Shown: positions 49,745-61,253 of the stretch, one piece after another
How the letters are laid out: each line of letters opens with the position of its first letter
Position numbering within the stretch: position 1 is the stretch's first letter
NCBI GenBank assembly: GCA_977017645.1
Contig: OZ360236.1
Location: 18,476,001 to 18,540,000, forward strand
DNA: 64,000 bases
Source of the DNA: Torpedo marmorata
Lineage: Eukaryota
Direction: 5' to 3'
The notes under the pieces: generated by a model
What the model saw: only the letters and a program-made list of their open reading frames with translations
What the model was told of the DNA's origin: nothing
The model's database searches: none
Position numbers and translations under genes: made by a program

Positions 49745-50765
49745 ATTTGCAAGAGATGTAATGTACAGAAACGGTATCAGCGCTCCATGTCCAATGCTAA
49801 CCTTTTTGCCCATCTATACCATTTGCCCACACTAGATCAGTATCCTTCCATATCATGTCTCTTTTAGCTCTTCCTGTGCCTGTCTAAAAGTCTTGGATCA
49901 GATACTATCACTATAGCACTCCACTATCTTTTAGCAGCAAGTGTCAGATGTCAATCACTCGGGGTGGGGGGGGGGTGGAAATTGCCTTTAAATTGCTTTA
50001 AAACTCCTTCCTCTCACCTTAAACCTATGGCCTCTTGTTTTTGATGTCCCTGCCATGGGGAAAAGATAATGAATTATCTATCTCAGCCATTCTCAATGGG
50101 GGCCATAGCACATTTAAGGGGGGGGGCCACGGACTGAAATCATAAAATGTTTTTCGTCGGTAGGAGAGAAGTACAAAGAAACCAACTAAACTTGACTGCT
50201 TCACGGGGAAGGGGGCCCATAAACTTTGAGCAGAGTCGTAAGGGGGCCATAGCCAAAAAAAAGGTTGAGAATGGCTGACCCTATCTATGCTTATAATTTT
50301 GTATGCCTCTATCAGGTCATCCCTCCGCCTCCTTTGCTCCAGAGTAAACAAATTCAGCTTGTCTAATCTCTCCCGTAACTGAAGTCCTTCAATCCAGTCA
50401 ACATCCTGGTGAATCTCCTTTTCACTCTCTTCAGCACAACCAAATTTTCCTTTTGTAAGGTGATAAAAATTGCACACAATACTCTTTAAGTGTGGTCTAA
50501 CTAGTCTTTGTAAAGTCTTTGTATTCTATGGCCCAGCCTATGAAGAGAGTGCCTTCTTCACGATTATGTTGCCATGATCTCTATGTTGCCACTTTCAGGG
50601 AACCTGAACCCCCAAATCCCTCTGCCCATCATCATTCCATGGTGCCCTGCCATTTACTGCAACCGTACACTTACTTGACTTCCCAAGATGCTTCATCTCA
50701 CACTTGTTGGGATCAAATTCCATCTGCCAGTGCTCTGCCCAGCTTTCCATCTGACTTGTATCAGA
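49745..50765 (-). mobile_element. Decayed CR1 fragment
   Basis: Minus ORF has ERLDKLNLFTLEQRRRRDDLIEAYKI. Confidence 0.7.
50084..50277. mobile_element. hAT-type MITE nested in the CR1
   Basis: 13-bp TIR CAGCCATTCTCAA / TTGAGAATGGCTG with subterminal GGGGGCCAT repeats. No clean TSD. Confidence 0.7.
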
Positions 50766-52895
50766 GGCATGATCCTGCCTTCATAGACCCAGCTTATTAC
50801 TGCACTCTCTTCCAAAAGGATCTGCGGAGCCATTTTAAGGTTTTCAACTCGAGGAACTTGTTAATTTGATGCAAATTAATGTGTTCCAAGCCATGAGTTT
50901 GTGATCTCTATTACCTGGTCAGGGTAGGGCTCTGGATTTTTCTCACAAGCAAGAGAGAAAATCAGTAGGCAAGTAAACGGAAGTGAATGCTGAGCCCTTG
51001 AGCTGGCTAACTATCATTGGGATTTGTTGTAATATGTGCTGTTGAGTAAGATCCTGTTTCCTGACGATCATAACAACTCGTGTCCACTTCAGGCACCAAT
51101 ATGAGCTTCCATGGAAGCAATGTAAACCAGCAACTGGAAGCAGAGTATAATTTGCTTCACTCCAATACTTTCACAACATTAGTTTCCTCATCTTAAAAAT
51201 AGGAAATCCCCACAACGCAAGTTGGAATTATTTTTCTTTAGTTACCACTGTAGCCAGCCAGTGGTTATGACCATAACAAACTCGATTCCTTCACCAATAA
51301 TAATACTGAGGCCATCAGCACTTATGCAGTAAGTTCGATTGTACAACACCTTCCATTGTCTGTAGAAGTGCAGTAAACCATGGAAATCTGTATGTTACTG
51401 TCCTGCACAAATCCAATTTGCTTTATACTGCTATCTCACCAGTAGATTTGGCATAAAACACGTGAAGGTTGAGAGGTTGCTATACTAGTCCATCACACCC
51501 AGGAGGAAGAACATTTAAGTGCAGGTTATTTTTAAGAGTTAAAATTGTACAAAATGGCCTTGAAAGTGTACTTTTACAATGTTGGGTCACATAGTTTCCA
51601 ATTTTAATTGTTTCTGAATATTTTCCATTTTTACCTTTACCTGACATTATTTTGACATTGAATTAAATGTTCAGATTTGCAATCCTTGGTTTACATTGCT
51701 TGTCTTGGTAAATATTCTTTAATATGACTGCTCCTTTCCTGGTCACCTCTGCCACAGATTACCTGCGGAAGGCATTCTTTTGAAATTGCTCTTAATTTGC
51801 TCTACATTGTCACACAGAAGGCCACTAAAAATTGCAAGCATTTAATAGAACACTTGTATAAGAGAGAAACACACATATTTTCAGACCAATATTCTGAATT
51901 GGGTTAGACTGAAGCATTACAAGTGAGGCGGCATTGTGATAATTGGCTGCACCATCAAGTTCTCTGTCCCACTCCTCAAACTTGAGGAGGAAACTTAAAA
52001 TCGGAGGAAGAATAAGTTTTCTGCACCTTTTATTTGTCATGCCTATTTTTCATGTCACACCAGTACTCCCTAAAATTACTGACTCCTTTCATTTTGAGTT
52101 GTTGAACTGCTGATTTTAAGTACTTAAGCCACTGGCATTAGGATGTGCTGTCTGGATCCGCCAACTATTCAGGATTCTTATAATAAGCTGAGTTTGAAAG
52201 GCACACTGGGGTTAATTTTGAAAATATTTTTGGAGCTTGCAACTGATGTTACTGGCTGGGCACCTATTACGAGGAACTAATTTCTATAACTGACACTTGA
52301 TTCTCAGTGCTGATTTTTTTTTTTTTTTTTTTGGCCCAATTGTCAAATTGAAAATAGCCACTTCCTTCAACTAACCCTGATCGAGATCACAGGAGATTTA
52401 CTCATGTAAAGGCTACCGAAAAAATATTTAAATCTGGAATGGTTTCAAAGGAGAAAAAGGCCGGCTTCGTGCTCGGACCGTGATGAAAATGAAATCTTTG
52501 AGGAACATCACCTACTCTTCTGAATGTATGTCAGATATTAATAGTTATTAAAGGTGGACATTAATATACAAATAAAGACCGTATTTATGTAGCTAGGCCA
52601 ACACCGAGAAAGAAAATGCATTATAGTCAGTACAAACTTAAATTGTCAATTATTCTAAAGGAAAAGTTGAATTTAAAACTATTTTACTAAAGCTTTTATA
52701 GAACTCTAAACCTTCAGGTAGTCAAAAACTGTGAATTAGGCAAAAGAAAGAAGCTGCATTTCGTAGATTAAACACTCTTTATTCTGCAAAAGAACCATTG
52801 CCCTAAATAAAACCAATTTATTAAAACCAGCAATAGTTTATTTTTGTTTGTAAAACATTGAAAATAAAGTTCGCTCTGTAACACCATCACTGCAG

Positions 52896-52977
52896 AGAGC
52901 AGGTGTGACTGGCTTAGTAAACTGGTCTAGGTCAGGAATCAGCAGCCATCTACATTCCAACAGCTCAGCCCACAATT
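52896..52977 (+). CDS. ZMYND8: Candidate alternative ZMYND8 cassette exon (82 nt, phase 0-1)
   Basis: ctgcag|RAGVTGLVNWSRSGISSHLHSNSSAHN+T|gtaagt. Open in phase 0 with a strong donor. Resembles the mammalian optional ..KRCD..HPNYPAQKY exon (recalled). Confidence 0.45.
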
Positions 52978-55900
52978 GTAAGTACAACCATTTACCAATT
53001 AGTTAGTTCTTGGCAAATGGAGAGGAAAACAAAATATCACTAGTTAAACCTGATAGATATCTTCTCATATCCCCTGGGCTGTAAATGCTGCTTTAAGCAG
53101 CCTCTATTTGTCTAAATTACAACAATCACTCATTTGCAATTGCATGGGCATAATATCCTTGCATCTTACAATAATTAACTGAAGTCTCACTAATGACCAA
53201 TCTTGTTCCATCCTGCTGTAACATTTCCCCTCTGTGCGTTCATCCATGCCAAGTTTTCTCAGCAATCCATGTTTTCTTTGAAAGCAACTTCTGAAACTAT
53301 TTAGAAAACATGGTAAATGATAAAGGGATCATCGTTGTAACAGGAAAATCCATCCATTTTCCACCAAATTAATTAGACTTAAATTACAGTGTTTAAGCCT
53401 GGATAGAAGCCATTCAAATGTTAATGTTTATCAAAAGTAGTACATCTGCAAATGTATTTGTTTCTTTGGTGGGGGGGGGGTGTTTCTGTGGAGTTGCTGG
53501 CTCCTAGAGGAATGGAAGAGTTTTTAAACTGCACATACTTGTTGATTTTTTTAAAAAGGCAATCATGTCAAAAATTAATATTATTTGAAAACAGAACTGC
53601 TCAGTACAGTACATGCCAAGGCAAAATTAGCTGACTTAGGGAGTGTATATGGACTTTTTGTTACAAGGGATACCAACCATGGGCCTCTCCACACATCCTT
53701 TATCCAGTGAGTCTATTTAGTGGTTTTCTTGTACTGGCTGTGCTACAAAACATTGTCATTAGGAACCAGGCTCTGCTTGGGAAGGGTGAGATGAAAACTA
53801 CTGCTTTTCCCATTTTATTGTTCCATTGCTCAAGAGTAAACTTTGGTTCAACTCTGAGGCATTGCACCTATTGTTGATGAATAGTGGTGTTCAGGTGTCA
53901 CTGTAGAGCTCTCTTTCTGCGCAGAGAATGTCCAGAGGATTCAGTTTACCAACACAAAGTTGAAATTCGCCTTCAGGTAAGCCAAATAGTTCTACAAGAC
54001 ATGATTTTGGCACATTTTCTACTTAATTCCCATCCTTTGTTCTATTACGTATTCATATCGAAATATAACAGGGAAAGATCATCTCAATAATCTGCACTGA
54101 ATGCACCATTCAAAACACAATAAAGCAAAATTAATTTGTGCTAAAATGTTGGTATCTTTGTTTAAGAATGTGAAAAAAAACAAACACTGAAATGAATGGA
54201 AATCTGGAACATAATGGAAATATTCAGGAATTACAAAGAGAGGAAAGTGGGCTTGCATATTAGGTCAATAACTGCCAAGTTACTTTTACCATGAGGAACA
54301 TGGGTACATGGATGGAAGAAAAATAGAGGGTTACGGGGTAGGGAGGGTTTAGTACTTTTTTTAAGGAATATACGGGTCGGCACAACATCGAGGGCCGAAG
54401 GGCCTGTACTGTGCTGTAGTGTTCTATGCGTGAGGATGTTGCATTGTGAAAGGGTTCTCTGTCACTGCAGCTCCAGCCCTATCTATCTCTTTGTTCCTCT
54501 CTCTCTTAGTTCATGAAGTGATGGTTTAGAATTGAGTTGTACCTCCAGCACTCTGATCACGTTGCCCTCTCTATGTGCATAGCACATGCCATATAGATTA
54601 CCAGTTTGTGCTAATGGCTTTATGGTTTTCATAAGTATTGGAAAAAGTGTAAATTACAACCATACTAATTATAGTGAGTACAGTGATGGTGTAGCAATTA
54701 AGTTACCATACTAATAATCTGGAGGCCTGGATAAGAGTTCTAATCTCAACATGGAAACTGGAATTTGAAATCAGTTTATAATCTATCCTTTAAATAAACG
54801 ACCTTAGCTATTTGGTGACCACTTGGCTCCTGCATAGCAGTGAAAGCGCGTTTGAATCACCAATATCCTTAACGCTTTGGACTCCGTGTCCTGGTTTTCC
54901 TGGATACCAACAAGCGCATATACTCTAGTGTCCCCGTTTTCTGGGACTGGTTTTATACCCAACCATCAGCTGGTTCATACTGTACTTTACTACTGTAAAG
55001 GTTTACCCATGGACCCAGTCCGGAGTATATGTGATGAAAGGTTAAAAATGGCTGGAGTCCAAAGGGTTAAGGGGAAGAAATCTTCCTTGCCCTGGTCTGT
55101 CTTGTATGTGATTCCAGACCTGCCAGTTTGGTTGACTCTAATATCTTCTGATTGTGAGCTGCATTATCACTTTAAGGGGGTGTAAGTCTGTGCAATAAAT
55201 GCTGGCTTGACAGCAATGCTCAGATCTGGAAAATGAATAAGTAAATTAATAGATTTTTTTTGTTGCCTGTGCAGCTTTATCCATGCCCTAAAAAAGATGA
55301 GGGGAGATATTGAAACAATTTGCATTTGCTGGTAGTTTATGCACAATATGTACACAATTTGGCAGAAGTGGAGCTTGTAAAGATGAGAAAATGAGAATTA
55401 AACAGGATGTTGTCTGGGGGTGGGGGGGGGGGGGAACTCGGAGCTGACAAGTAATTTTGATCTGAGATTTAAAACAAATTCCTTCTCACTGTTGGATCAT
55501 TGGGCACATCCAATTGTTATGCAAGAAGGCTATCTTCTCTCCTGTCATGGGAGTGCAGAAGCAATTCATGTCGAAAGTGGATTCTTGCATGCTACTTCAG
55601 AGAGTGGGGTGAAGAGGTGGGGATGGCTTGTGATGCAAAATCTACAAAATACGTAATTCTTAGATTTCTTCATGGTTTCCGGCTTATTGGGGAACCAGGC
55701 GGTTTGTGATGTTTATTTGCATTAACCCTTTATGAGCTTTTATTTTTTGGAACTATTTGATGTTTGTGGGATATTATCTGTACTGTGCCATTTTCTGGTT
55801 GCTATTTGGATAGCTAAAGACTCAGTGTGGTGGGCAGGGTGGGAAACTTGTTTGGATGAGTGCCCCCTTTCTTGTTGGGAACAGGAAGATTTCAGAGTCC

Positions 55901-57308
55901 TTTTGCCCATCAAGCAAGTGGATGGACCCTTTGCATTTGCAGCTGCGCTTGATAATTATTGGTGAGCTCTTGTCCAAGTTTGGCTTGCCATGAGGTATCC
56001 AGTGCCAGCCAGCATATGCAGAAACCAACCCTTTGTGTCCTTTGCTGTAACAATCGGAATGCAGAGCTCCAAAGTGCAGGAGTGCACCTCCCAGCTCCTC
56101 ATTCAGGTCACCCCACTTTTCCACAGCAAACGATGGCGAGATCCATAACTTCATGGGGGAAAAATATCACATTCCAGCTGCCACGAGTGTGGTTGAATTG
56201 TTGAGACAGTAACTTGTGGCTCATTTTTTTAACGACATAATGTTTTGAAGCACACAAACACCAGATGTACAGTAGAGTAGCATTCTGCAAAACATAAATT
56301 ACTGCTGGATAGAATAAGCACCCAGAATAGTCAGCCTCGCTGGCTCCATACGTCTGTTCTTTTTGTAACTTTGAATCAGAACATATCAAAATTGAACAAC
56401 TCAGAGTCACAAAGAGAGCTAAGTCGAAATATCTTTAATTTGTTGGAGCTAGCAGGTGAGTTTATTCTTAAAGCTGATGCAGAAATAGTATTGTCAAGCG
56501 ATGAAGCTGGGTTGTTGACATAACATTTAAATTTACACTAGTTATTTTACCAGAATTATAAGGCTTGACAGAGCTACCACAGATGTACAGAGCACAGCTC
56601 ATCCTTCTGCAGACTCATTGGCAAGTGGTAATGAATGCTGAAGAGCTGTGTGTATTATGGTGCTCTACTTCCACTTTTTGCAGTCAAATTAGGTGGTCAG
56701 CTGCACTTGGGGATGGAGGCTGAGTAAGTGCCAATTGTGAGTGCAAAATAATCAAATGATCTGTGTCCTTTTAGCTGCCTCTATCGTTAATTTGGGTGTC
56801 TGGTAGTGGGGTACAACCACATAAGTTTGTCCTCCTTGAGCGTTTTGACAATTACTGCTTGGGTCCAAGTAAATTCTTTTAATTACCGGTAGTTGGATGC
56901 TAAGCTAGAAAAAAACAGCATGTACTAAATATTGTGTGTGTCTGTATCTAGGTTTTATTGTTGTGAAATTACAAGTTTAAGTGCTATCATTTATTTTTAT
57001 AGCTATTATATTGTTTTACTTGAGTATTGCATCTGATGATTGTGTCTCTCTTTGATTTTTAATTGATTGGGCAAAGAAAGAAGGTATTTGCGGCAATTAA
57101 AGTGCAAGGATGCAGTATTGCAGTATAGTTTGGGGATTTGGGATGGAAGCATGTACATTAAGTGGTGGAGCTAAAAGGCACAAACATTTTCCAGGTGCCT
57201 CCACAGAGCTGCACTTGCTTGGAAAATTGCCCTTTGTACTTGGATTTTGCCAAACTCTGCATTGAGCTTTAATTCCTAGGCACCTTAATTCTGTTTTTCT
57301 GCACACAG

Positions 57309-57410
57309 GTCATGCCAGTTGTGGTGAATCCACCAGTTGGAGTAACTACTGTGCAGCCTGAAGTCCAGGGCATCCAGACCACAATGCCTGTCCAAGCCCG
57401 CAGAGCCTGA
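57309..57410 (+). CDS. ZMYND8: ZMYND8 terminal coding exon
   Basis: ttttctgcacacag|VMPVVVNPPVGVTTVQPEVQGIQTTMPVQARRA*. In frame with the exon ending 48913 and similar to the human last exon (recalled). Confidence 0.8.
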   Translation, partial: VMPVVVNPPVGVTTVQPEVQGIQTTMPVQARRA

Positions 57411-58320
57411 AAGCCCCACGTTGTCTAAAGACATTTGAAGAACGCAGCGTAATGAGCGGAGCAAGACTTTGCAAGGGAAGTTCCCAATAACTGCCGCGAT
57501 CTCTCATCCTGAACAGACAAAATTAATCGGTTACCTGCTTTGTATATAATTATACAGAGCTTTTGTGACACTACATACTTGCTAGCATTAAAAAGAATTA
57601 AGCCAAAGTCTACAGAAGACGACCATATCTGGCAAAGTTTTGTTTTTCTCGAATTTGTCAATTCGAAAACTCCATCCCTATTGGTATTTTCCTTTAATGT
57701 GACTTGATGGAAGGTTGTAGACTCTAGTTTCTGAAAAATGTAGTGAATTGGGGAACATGTACAGCATGCTACAAAACAAAAAGCCTTTAGTAGTTGGACC
57801 ACGGCATATAATATTTATATGTAGGAGTCTGTGAAATCCAGTGATTGTAAAAGCATGAAATGGAGGGGGGTGGGGTGGGCAATGTCTTGGCATTTCTAAT
57901 GAAGGAATACAATATAGGGAGGTATGTCTCGCTGCTCATTGTTGCTCTTCTCCTCGTGTTCACTCTTGTTTCCTCTCGGAGTGTTTGACATTTGAACAGA
58001 AGGAGTTTGTGTATATGAGATGATCCTTGTGTTCGGAATGGTTCCAGTGCTTTTCTGATGTGTATATTTTTGTTTTTTTTTTATTTTCCATCCTGATTTA
58101 TAAAAGCAGTTTGTACAGTTTTCAACCAGTCCAGATGGGTAAATGTTAAAATAAAATTAGAAAAAAAATTGACACTATAGTAAATTTACCATTGTTTTTG
58201 AGAACATACTTGCTCGCCTAACTTGTGAAACAGGATTGCTTTTAGCATATGGAAGTATTTTTTCACATTTCTTTGTACAAAGTTTATATTAAAAATAGAT
58301 TAAAAAAAAGAATAACATGT
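57411..58320 (+). other. ZMYND8: ZMYND8 3'UTR with polyadenylation signals
   Basis: Repeat-free AU-rich stretch. AATAAA at 58150-58155, ATTAAA at 58288-58293 and 58299-58304, followed by a U/GU-rich tract at ~58325. Confidence 0.65.
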
Positions 58321-60514
58321 ATCTATTTTTCTGTTGTCATCTCAATGATATTTTGTGATGCCAATTACCGGGCATAGTATTGGTGCTGAATTGAATTTGA
58401 CAATAGCATGGAGAGCAAATGTGGATTTGCACACCTGGATTTTTTAATGTACAAGCTTTTTCATGTGCTCTGCAGAGTAGAGACTGTATTCTAAAAAATA
58501 TATGAATCAGCTATCCTATTAATGATCTGATGTTTTGCTGTCGACATTAAGGGCTAGAATTTAAAAGTTAAATTACTGTGGTAATTAGAAAATATAAAAC
58601 CTGATACATACTTTGTTAGCTTTAAATGGATATTTTTAGTTCATAAGTACATAGTTTACATATTCAATTAAAAAAAAAATACAAGACTCGATGAAATGCA
58701 GTTAAATGTGTAATGTGGCTTGGTTAACATGTGGTGGGGCTGTTGTACTTAAAACTTGTTCAAAGTGGTTATATTTTTCTATTACAGTAGTTATAATCAT
58801 AAACACCAGACTGGCACAGAATTCTCTTTGCGTCAAGCATTAAGATCACTTTAAAGAGAAAATTCTGCTTTGTGCTCAGAAGACAAAGGTTTGTGGTGAA
58901 GTGAATTAACTGAAACTTTTCAAAGGTGATTGTGGAAACTGAAAGCTCACAGTTGAAGGTGACAATGTTGGCAGGAATGGAAAACTGCTTCTTGATGGCC
59001 AACGGGTAGGATTTTTTTCTGGGTGCTAAATGATGAGATTTATACGGAGCTTTAATTTTTTACAATTTAAATAAATGCTTTGGATGAAGCCATATATAAA
59101 ATAGGTTAAATGACTGGCTAAACATCTGGCAATTGAAGTATAATGAGGGAAATGTGAAATTGTCCATTTTGGCAGAAAACCAAAAAGATAGTAAGAGATT
59201 GCAGAACTCTTAAGATTCAGAGGAACTGGGTGTAATGTGCTTGATTCGCTATGAGGCAGAATGCAGGTACATTGAGTGATGAGAAAACGTAACCATTATT
59301 TATTGCAAGAGGAGTTGAACGTAAGAGTAGGGAAGTTAAGCTTAGTATATCCAGCTTTGGTGAGATCACATTGGGAGTTGTTTTCAGTATTAATCTCCTT
59401 ATTTAAAGAAATATGCTTATACAGAGGAAGCAGTCGAGAGCAAGTTTACTGGAATGAAGCATTGACACCTGGACATGATATCTGAGATGGTGGATTTTTG
59501 ATGCCAGTTTCTGAGTTAATGTTTTCTTGCATAATGATGAGTTTAGGTCAAGCTCATCTCAAACCAGCATAATTTAAATATGTAGCTGACCAATCTCTCT
59601 GCTTTTAAGGAGGTAGCGTGCTTCTATTTTTGAGAGGGCATTTCGTTTTCACTTGTGCTATGAGCTTTCCACTTCTTTACAATCTGAGCAGGTGGAACAG
59701 TAGCTAAGAGGTACCTTTGTAGCACAGCTAGTGAATGGAGAGGAGAAAGATTATTCGTTCAAAAATCCAACCTGCTTACAGTACCCCATGACTGCTATCC
59801 GTATCCCTCACTCTTCGTCCCTAATATGCATCACCTAAACATTATCTCTGTCACCTCACTCGCTCATTTCCTCTGTACACCTTCCCTGCATGCTCTGCTC
59901 TCCCACTCTCCTGGTTTAAGAGGTAGGGTATGGAGATGGTGGGGTATGCGGTGAAGTATGACCATGGGTACATAGAGGGATCAAATACTTTTTACTCAAG
60001 ATGCAAAAATGCAGCAAATAGAAGTAAAAGGACCTTTCAGTGGAAAAAAATATAGGCATTTTCTGTCAGTGTAAATAATTAATTATTGGAAGTCAAGGTC
60101 AGCTTTCACATGTAAGCTGATGTCACTAGCACTCATTTCCCACCTCTGCACCATCTCCTCTCTGGGCCAACTGTTCAACTTCTGGAATGAACTGCACTTT
60201 GCTCCTGAGGAAAGACCACTTTGTCCCAAACCACAACCTCCCTGCCACTGTGCCCAAATTAATTTCCCTCCACTGCCACTGTCGGCTCAATTCTGTGGCC
60301 CTACACATCCTATTCAGCTTGAGCTGAGCTATTGACCTGATTTCTCACCGGGCCTCCCCCCCCCACCCCCATCGGCAAGACTTCTTTCTCCATTTATCCC
60401 TCAGCCCATCCTCTGCTTCCATATATTTCTCATCGCGTTGATCATTTTGTCTCACTGGCTAGTCTCCCAATCTGCCAAGTAATCCATCTCTTTGTGACCC
60501 ATGTTGTGCTCATG

Positions 60515-61253
60515 CATGGTTAGCGCGACGCTATTACTGCGCCAGCGACCCGGGTTCGAATACGATGCTGTCTGTAAGGAGTTTGTATGTTCTCTCCTTG
60601 ACCTGTGTGGGTTTCCTCTGGGTACTCTGGTTTCCTCCCACCTTTCAAAACATACGGGGTTGTAGGTTAATTGGGCAGCACGGGTTTAGATTAAATTAGA
60701 TACACTTTATTGTCATTGTACCAGTGCAAAACAAGCCAATAAGATACAATTAGCATCCAACCAGAAGTTTTTTTTAAAAACTTATATACATCACAAGTAA
60801 AACATGTGCAATTAAAACCAACAACAAACCTATTCAACAAACAAACTATTATAAAAGTACTGATATTACAATGTGAGTGCAGTACCACTCAGCGCTGTGA
60901 TTCAATGTTCATCAGGCTCACAGCCTTGTGAAAAAAGCTCTTCTTGAGCCTGCTGGTACGTGAGCGAAGGCTCCTATAGCACCTGCCCGATGGGAGAAGA
61001 GTAAAAAGTCCGTGATTTGGGTGTGATGCATCCTTAATGATGTTCCTCGCCCTGCCCAGACACCGTTCTCTATAGATGTTCTCGATGGTAGGCATTTGGA
61101 TGCCAATAATCCGCTGGGCAGTTTTCACCACCCGCTGGAATGCTTTGCGGTCTTGTGCTAGACAATTGCCATACCACACCGAGATGCCATATGTTAGTAC
61201 GCTCTCAATGGCCAGAATCGGCTTCTACCGTGTTGTAAATAAAATTTAAATTT
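60515..61253 (+). mobile_element. V-SINE split by a Rex1 insertion
   Basis: SINE body to ~60686. Tail GGCCAGAATCGGCTTCTACCGTGTTGTA resumes at ~61210. Confidence 0.8.
60687..61209 (-). mobile_element. Rex1/Babar LINE 3' fragment
   Basis: ORF WYGNC..QDRKAFQRVVKTAQRIIG...HPNHGLFTLLPSGR.YRS. Confidence 0.85.

Noticed and set aside
51093-51104. Alternative terminal exon ttcag|GCA CCA ATA TGA
   Set aside because: The acceptor is plausible, but it gives only 3 codons with no homology or nearby polyA support.
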